Below, one piece after another: positions 60,401-64,000 of a DNA stretch of 64,000 bases (the stretch's first letter is position 1; each line of letters opens with the position of its first letter). This stretch comes from Takakia lepidozioides. Taxonomy: Eukaryota > Plantae > Bryophyta. Where the stretch lies: assembly GCA_030704615.1 (NCBI GenBank), contig CM060734.1:19096001-19160000 (forward strand), read 5' to 3'. The translations under genes and the position numbers were made by a program. The notes beneath the pieces are model-generated. The model made no database searches. It worked only from the letters and a program-made list of their open reading frames with translations, and was not told the origin of the DNA.

Positions 60401-61645
60401 GAAGAAGCGACGGGGGTCTCCTATGCCGGAAAGGTTACCTCGATATCAGCCTCCAGAGGGCCTCACTTATCCAGGTAGTGATCAACCATCTCCGTCAACC
60501 AGAGACAGACCTCGGGCTCGTACACACAGTCCGCCACGAAACTCTCAACGTCAAAAAGGTGCTCACTCATAAAGGTTTGCTAGTCGAAATCAGTAAACCG
60601 TGAGGACACGGCTTTTTGAGGGGGGAAGGGGTAATGTTAGAGGACTGTCGGGGACTTAGACACTTATACGGGATCTGTAGGGTACCCTTAATTTTTGCAC
60701 AGACTGAGACCAACAGGAGCCTTAGGGGTGACAGCAGCGCACTGTAGAGGGGGGTTACACAGCCCGTCACAGTCGTCACAGTCGTCACAGCCGACACAGC
60801 CGACACAGCCCGTCACAGTCGTCACAGTCATCACAGCCGACACAGCCAACACAGCCCGTCACAGTCGTCACAGCAGACACAGTCGTCACAGCCGACACAG
60901 CCGTCACAGCCGACACAGCCACACAGCCAGTCACAGCCCGACACAGCCAAACACAGTCGCACAGCCAGTCACAGCCCGTCACAGTTTCACACAGCCAGTC
61001 ACAGCTTGACACAGCTGTCACGATCATAGGGAACGAAGAGTAGGACAGGGAACGACTGTGGGGAACAACACCTGCGAAGGGAACATGTTAGTTCATAGAC
61101 GACGGTTAGTGAGGAAAACGGTTAGAACCACGGATAGGAAGATAAAGGGAAAAACGGGGAATTGAGGGATACCATTCGGAGGAGGACTTCTTGGTCATAG
61201 AGGAGAGGGGATCGGGCAGAGATGAAGAACGGAAGTGAAGATAGAGAGATGATGAGTAGATGCTTGATATATGCAAGGCTATAATGATATTGTAGAGCAG
61301 ATTAGAGACACAATGGCTTCGGCCTGATACCTGATAAATCATAATCGGATACTTTTACGATACAATCACACTGTGTAGAGAGATCTGAGTGAAGCTGTGA
61401 AATGAATGGATGAGTTGATGGAATCCAATAGATTGATAAAGCAAACTGATACTTAATTATCAATGGTAAGATAGCTAACATGAATACCAAAAGGGAAACA
61501 AATAGGAAACACCCCCATGATACACTAGCTGTAGGTCATGACTGATTGTTCTGCGCGGGCTGAGTACTTAGAGATTTCCAACTCTTCTATCTTGGAGTTT
61601 CCGCCTCGAATAGCGAAGGGATGGGTGAGTAAAAGCCGCGTGACA
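57461..61645 (+). mobile_element. Ty3/gypsy element D: aORF (57461-60572, 5' truncated) + PPT + complete 3' LTR (60635-61645)
   Basis: aORF collinear with A/B/C. PPT GAGGGGGAAGGGGTAA at 60618-60634. LTR TGTTAGAGG...AAAAGCCGCGTGACA with CACAGYC minisatellite 60758-61021. A 22-nt duplication at 58825-58870 causes a frameshift. Confidence 0.88.
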
Positions 61646-63803
61646 GGGGCCAGTGGTGGCAGCTCACATGGTTAGGCCATGTGTTGTACCAGAAGTAAGT
61701 ACAATGATAGTAACGAAAAGCAAAGCCAAACTAATACCTCCAGTAGATGAGGAAGGTGATGAGAATGAAGATGGCAGTGATGTGCCTGAAGATAATGAGG
61801 CTTGGATAGATGAGAAGGAACTGCACAAGGAAGTGGCAGATACCATAAGGGAAATGCAGAAGAGTACTGATATTCCTATGGCAGATTCCTCTGATTCTGA
61901 AAGAGAAGAGGAAGTGAGTGAGGATGAAGGGAAGAAAGAAGCTGCAGAAATGCAGAGTAATGAAGGGACTTTGGCTGAAGTAATATGCCAGTCCAAAGGT
62001 GATCAGTTATAATGTGAAGCCGGAAGGGTGAGAAACAGTCATGGACTTTGATGATTCTATGCCAGTAATCCAATTGAGAATTGGAAGCACAGAACTAACT
62101 GATGTACTGATAGATGGAGGCTCTAGAGTGAATATCATGACAGACCAATTAAGGCAGAAGCTTGGTCTAAGTAACATGAAACCAGCCCCATTTACAGTAA
62201 CAATGGCAGATCAAAGAAGTGTACAGCCATTGGGATTGATAAGAGGAGTTAAGATACAGATTCAAAAGATGATCTTTATGATCACAGTAACTATGTTGAA
62301 AATGGATGAAGTCATGGAAGCTTACTCCTTATTGTTGGGACGACCGTGGCTGAAACAGGCCAGGGTATTCCATGACTGGAATTCCCAGTTACTAACTGTG
62401 CATGATGGGATGCACAAGATCCAAATCACCACTAAGAAATCTAGTAGACTACCTGCTACGAGAAGACCTCGAGGGGTCAGGGAGTATGACTGGAGGGGAG
62501 GACTTAATGAGGAGCAGAAAGCCACCCTGTTTGCTGCACACCCATAGTGGGAGCAGGTTGCAGAGATGCAACTGGAAGGCCTAAGTTGTTTAAAAGGTAT
62601 CTGTTGTGGTGTAGTGACAGCAACACCAATTGAAGGTGAAACAAACAGTTACCCACCACATTTCTATGAAGAAAGAGAGGGAAAAATGGAAATCCTAGAG
62701 AAACCAGCCACTGTGAGTTTACAGGATGAAGTGGTGACTGGATGGACAATCACAGCTGATGAACAGGTGAGAGAAGTGAATGTGGGAATTGAAGGGGAAC
62801 CGAGGATGGTGAAGGTAGGGGCTGATTTGGAGCCAGAATTCTTTGAGGAAGCTAAAAGTATGTTCATCAAATACAGAGATGTATTTGCTTGGAGCTACGA
62901 GGATCTGAAAGGGATACCACCTGAGATCTGTCAGCATAAGATTGAACTGGAACCAGGGTCAATACCAATTAAACATGCAAGGTACAGAATGAATCCCAAC
63001 TATGCACAGAAAGTTGGAGAAGAGATCAAGAAGTTGGCTGAGGCTAAGTTTATATACCCGATAGAGTATACAACTTGGTTGTCACCCATTGTGATAGTTC
63101 CCAAGAAGAATGGTAAACTGAGAGTTTGTGTGAACTATAAGAAGTTGAATGCTTGTACGAAGAAAGATCCTTTCCCTTTGCCATTCACAGAAGCGGTATT
63201 GGACACTGTGGCAGGCCATGAGATGTACTCATTCATGGATGGCTTCAGTGGTTATAATCAAGTGCAAGTGGCAGAAGAATACCAGGGAAAGACAGCTTTC
63301 ATCACAGACTGGGGTGCTTATGCATACAAAGTCATGCCTTTTGGACTTTGTAATGCACCAGCAACCTTTCAGAGAGTGATAAGTGAATCTTTTCATGAGT
63401 ATCTGGATGATTTCATGCAGGTGTTCTTGGATGATTTCAGTGTGTACAGCTCTAAGAATGAGCACTTGCATAAATTGGAGTTATGTTTGGCCAGATGCAG
63501 GATGAGAGGTCTGGGCCTGAATCCAGAGAAGTGTACTTCCTGTGTGAACTCAGGGGTGCGTTTGGGTCACATTGTGTGTAAGAGGGGACTTCTTGTGGAT
63601 CCCACAAAGACAACGGCCATTAAAGCCTCTCCACCACCAGTAAATGTTAAGAGTTTAAGAAGATTCCTTGGACAAACCAGTTATTACAGAAGATTTGTCA
63701 GACGGTATGCACAGATAGCAGCACCATTGAGCAAGCTTCTGAAGAAAGATGCAGTGTTTGCATGGACAGCTGAATGTCAACAGGCTTATTCCTTAACATT
63801 GGA
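61646..63803 (+). mobile_element. Ty3/gypsy fragment E: gag C-terminus, protease, reverse transcriptase
   Basis: Near-identical to element B gag/PR (VVAAHMVRPCVVPEVST, VLIDGGSRVNI). RT has WLSPIVIVPKK, MPFGLCNAPATFQR, VFLDDFSVY and LRRFLGQTSYYRRF. Ends before RNase H. Confidence 0.92.
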
Positions 63804-64000
63804 ATGAAGCTGACCCTTTTGCCGCGATTGAACCAATGGAGTCTGCACCACTTTCCTCAGCTGAATCCAAGACAAATCTACGAGCCTGACGGGCTCTAAT
63901 AGCTGTTGCCTCCTCCCTCATCTTCATTTTCTTGAGGCTTGCCTCGTCTAAAATCTGCTGTACACGACTAGGTTCGGAACACCTCCTAATGGACACTGAA
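63804..64000 (-). pseudogene. Paralogous C-terminal fragment of the 56.5-57.5 kb gene
   Basis: IRRCSEPSRVQQILDEA..RRFVLDSAEES aligns with IRRCENPSKVEQILERA..RKFICDSADES (56660-56805). Confidence 0.6.

Overview
Land-plant nuclear DNA, probably a moss or other bryophyte; this is inferred from the PLS-type PPR fragment, the intron style and the TE families. Two host genes look intact: an NPF8/PTR-type peptide transporter (983-3759, 4 coding exons) and a GTD/zein-binding (DUF593, MyoB-type) myosin receptor (35089 to about 39470). Most of the rest is a patchwork of abruptly joined transposon fragments. These include five pieces of one Athila/Tat-like Ty3/gypsy family, which has a ~1 kb LTR and a ~1,300-codon extra sense ORF after pol; one copy is nested in another's LTR with a GGGAA target-site duplication. 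There is also a GCM-like/MULE DDE transposase behind a 96-bp-periodic palindrome array, two pieces of an RNase H + restriction-like-endonuclease (Dualen/RandI-like) non-LTR element, Tourist-type MITEs, and decayed kinase, HECT ligase, ULP1 protease and PPR fragments. The most interesting signal is three different methyltransferase-like domains in three separate TE-derived segments: a C5 cytosine MTase after a retrotransposon gag (27.9-28.5 kb), a beta-class N4C/N6A MTase-like spliced fragment (56.5-57.5 kb) and a PCIF1/CAPAM-like fold in the LINE (5.3-5.6 kb). All domain calls were made by eye from motifs; no database search was run.
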